Positions 48,039-64,000 of a DNA stretch of 64,000 bases are shown piece after piece. Made by a program: the position numbers and the translations under genes. The stretch is from Styela clava (lineage: Eukaryota), in NCBI RefSeq assembly GCF_964204865.1, contig NC_135253.1, positions 17,050,001 to 17,114,000 on the forward strand. Direction: 5' to 3'. Below the pieces are notes generated by a model. The model was given only the letters and a program-made list of their open reading frames with translations, had not been told where the DNA came from and searched no databases. Numbering within the stretch: position 1 is the first letter of the stretch; each line of letters opens with the position of its first letter.

Positions 48039-50269
48039 AAAAAATCAATTCCGGTGAAATATCGGGTCCTATGGAAAATTTAAGAAATAAAAGTAATAGC
48101 CGTCTAGCGACTCCTTCCATCTTCAATCTCCTTGGCGCCACTTTGTTCGGAGGACTGGCGAAGAAATCTTTGAACTAAAACCAGAGTCAATGCCATTGCC
48201 GATGATCCTCTCTTACTTGGGTTTACCGTAAGGACTAGCGGCTACCGGTAACTCGCCATGTTAAAATAGTTTACTGCAGCAGTCTTTGTAAATATCACCC
48301 TTCCCCTTGCATTTGGAGACATAAAAGATGTGTCGTGAAGACGACAATAATTTTATTATAAATAATTGTCATAATATTCAATCAATCGTGATATACTAAG
48401 ACTCATATTTATATTGAGTACAACACCATAGTTCCAAGAAACAAAATAATAATCATCATTCATATTTAGATGAGAAACAATATCCAGAAAAGTATATTGA
48501 ATCAGTAATAAAGGCTATGTTACAAAATTTTGATGAGTACCAAAAACTAATTGAAAACGGCTTAGTAGCTGAATCCAGTAATTAGAAGTGGTTATGGAAC
48601 ATATTATCCGATACTGAAAACCCAAAACAGGGGTAAACAATATCAATAACTTTTCAAATACAAAACAGTCGAAGGAAAAGTTGCACAAGGCCAAAGATGC
48701 AAGTACAAAAGTAAATGAAGGGGGCCGTCACTGCACTCGCACTTCCAAACGATAATATCAAAATCTTAATTTTTTATTGAATTTCGTCGACAATGTCAAG
48801 TCCTACCATGCACAGAATCATAATTGCTTTATGGTATCAAATGGACAGATTGCGCCAAAATAAACGTTCATTAGAATAACCATTTTGTGAAGACCGACAA
48901 TATTGAATAAAAATATTTATAAGTATGTCAAACGACATTGATAAACATTGTCAGTACACATTCTGTTATCAGGCATGATATGCCATTTTAACAGCGGATA
49001 CTAGTTTTTCACAGATCAATGTATTTTACATGGAACAAGTTGAATTAAGTTAGTATCTTGCGTTTGTTCTGCATTGAAGTCAGAAAAATAGGTATATCAT
49101 AATCAGTTCCAACGCTAAATCCCAATTTACGGAATTAACAATCAACAAATTTCCACACGCAAATATACAATGACACCCTTTCATCGACAACAGCATACGG
49201 ATAGTCAAAGGGATCACTGTTTTACATTTGAATGTACACTTACAAATTGATATGACAGGAAATATAACAAGTAGTATTTACAACAGCTTAAACGTGAAAA
49301 ACGAAATCATCATTACCTAAATAACATTCTACACTGTAATCAAATAGAAAAAAGAAGAAAAAAACAGAATTGGGGTTTTCATACAATTTAGACAGACATT
49401 CCAAAATTAGGTTGAGGTTATATGCAGAGAGAATAATAGGTATTGAAATTATAGCATGCCACTCGCCGTTAGTGGAAACACAGCTATATCAATCATTAAA
49501 GAATTCTATACTCGAATTAATCCATGCATTACCGGGTGAGGAAAGCCTATAAGACAGCTCTATCACATGGCAAATATCAGCTTCTCATTGCCAATCAAGG
49601 CATGGTATGTAAATAGCTGAGTTAGTTACTCCAAGTACCCGTATATAAATTATTATCCTAGCAATAAACGAAGGTATTTATGAAAAAAGATCGCTTGGAA
49701 CAAGATCCTCATTGTCCTAGTCTTACGATATTACATGTTGAGGATTTTTTCACTAAAAAATGCTTGCCTATCATTCCAATACTTTTTAATCTTGTATATC
49801 TTATTGACTGAATTATGTGTGGGAAGAATACCATCTGGAAAAAAAGATGATAAAAACAGATAGGCAACCATAGTAATAAAGCAAGGCATCTGATATAAGC
49901 CTTGAAAACAAGAGTAGAAAAAAAGCACACCATATCCATAAGCTATTATATGACATGGGAGGAGAGAAAAGTGAGATTTCCTATATCTTGGTGAAATTTG
50001 AAAACGTCACATGACTATGGTGAATGGTTGGTGATACGCAAGACATCACAATAACATGACATTGCAGGTTGCTGATGGATATTAAAGTAACATCACAGAA
50101 CAATACAACGCAAAGCGATAGCTGAAGCGTGTGACATGGTAAATCTGACTGAACTAACCAAGTTCATCTATTGAAAAAGCTTATATCAATAGAGATTTTA
50201 CTTGATTGAAAATATTCACTTATAAATCACCTTACGTAGTCGGACGGCGAGTAAACAATCGTGTGCATT

Positions 50270-62440
<12,171 letters not shown>

Positions 62441-64000
62441 CTGAAAATAGAAAAAATGGAGTTAGACAGTGAATACAACATGTATAAAATTAATACTGGC
62501 AATTTTTATGAATTCAACTTTATAAAATTGCTACCAAATTTGCACTGATTTGTGAGCCTGATGCAAGAGAAGCCACAACTTTACCAAGAAAATCTTTGTA
62601 CAGAATAAAAGTAAAAGATTACAGTTTAATAGTGATAGTTTAATAGTGAATAAAAAAAATCAATTTTGTAAAATTGAACTATTTGATTTTTCTTGTCAGA
62701 GATGCGTCGTAGGAGTTTGGTGTGCTTTTATTGATACCGTGGTCGGGTTTCCGAACTCCTCAGTCATGAGGGAAGAAATTTTGAATTCTCCAAACTCGAA
62801 GTTGGCATTTCAAACTCGCTTCTATAGTCAAAATTCCAATAACCAATCTTCTTGTGGTAAGAAAAGGGTCAATTTTAAACCTAAAGCTCGTTCTCAATAT
62901 TAATATTCATTTTACATGTACAACAGTAATTTCACATACCGGTAAGTATCACACAATCATAAAAAGTTTACTGGCTACTGTAATTAACAACCAGGGATAG
63001 AAATTCGGCTAGGTAAACATAGTTACCAGGCTAGTGAGCAAATAATTATATGTCAATAACTAGTATCCAATATATGGTACTTCAGTTATGTGACAACATA
63101 GTAGGAAATCAGAATTTGCACATTTCCATTTACAGCCGTCTCACTAAGATTTACATAGGTGAATAGATTAGATTGAGGGAAAGAATTGAACAGCCCTTTT
63201 ACACCACAAATAACAATTATTGCTTACTTTGGCCACACTTAATATGTTGAATGATAACACATCTCGAGGAATAATACAATAGTACAAAACTATCAATACT
63301 ACTATCAGAAGTCTTTGAAAGAAACAAATCGTTTGAGGAAAATCTGACATAAATCAATATCTTCGAACAATGAGAGTCAATATCGCATGCAAAACAGTAA
63401 TTTCAAATACTGAAATTGGAATTTAAATAAAATCTCTGTAAAAGTGCAGCTGTTACATTCAATTGTGTTTGAAATGCAATGTATATGATAAGTTTTAAAA
63501 AGAAATTTTGGTGAAAATTTTTAAAAATGGATATTGAATTTTTATGCTAGCTCAACATCTCTTTCAATTAGGTACTAACTCCAAAAAATGAAAATCTGAT
63601 AAAATCAACCCTCAATTATGGTGAGGTGATGAAAACCTTCAGAATTGAGAATCGGATATGAATATACTCATGTGCTGTATTATGGTAACATAATACTACG
63701 CAAGAACAATAATAAAAATCTTATTCCTCAATTGAAATACATAAGTGAATTTTGTAATTAGACAAAATAGCATTATAGTCAACCGATAGAGATCCGAATA
63801 GAATTGCTTCGACAACTGAAGGATGAAAAACTTGTATGGATAATACTAAGAGTATTTGAATAAAAAAACAAAATATGGTTAAATATATTTGGGTTAAACA
63901 AATATCTTTACATAACAACAATTTTCAAACAGGGTTACAGATACATAAATTCGCCCAGTAAACATCAGTAGGCCTATACACTGTTCCTCAGTAGTTAGAC

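Overview
This is AT-rich (roughly one-third GC), compact, intron-containing animal DNA. Gene content, short GT-AG introns and MITE density suggest an invertebrate chordate, probably an ascidian; this is inferred, not proven. The first 30 kb is a tight housekeeping block: CHTF8(+), FNTB(+, 11 coding exons), DLAT(-, 11 coding exons), METTL4(+), DHX34(-), PIGW(+), PLPP4/5-like(+) and TAF1A(+). It has two head-to-head promoters and two same-strand runs that look like operons or shared-leader units. Five of these CDSs are intronless and TAF1A is nearly so. Next come an unrecognised spliced multi-pass membrane gene or pseudogene (-, about 31.4-34.2 kb) and a stargazin/TARP-family gene (+) modelled at about 848 aa, with a roughly 610-aa cytoplasmic tail ending in a PDZ ligand. 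The window ends with the 3' part of PPP2R5/B56 (-). Non-coding DNA is full of short non-autonomous DNA transposons whose target-site duplications (TSDs) can be read by eye. These include several GG..CC-ended families with 8-9-bp TSDs (Merlin-like), hAT/Charlie and Tc1/pogo MITEs, nested insertions and degenerate SINE-like copies. The best candidates for new biology are the operon-like intronless gene block, the giant-tail TARP, the orphan membrane gene and a TACCGGTA palindrome clustered at a bidirectional promoter. All exon models were spliced by hand and need RNA-seq confirmation.
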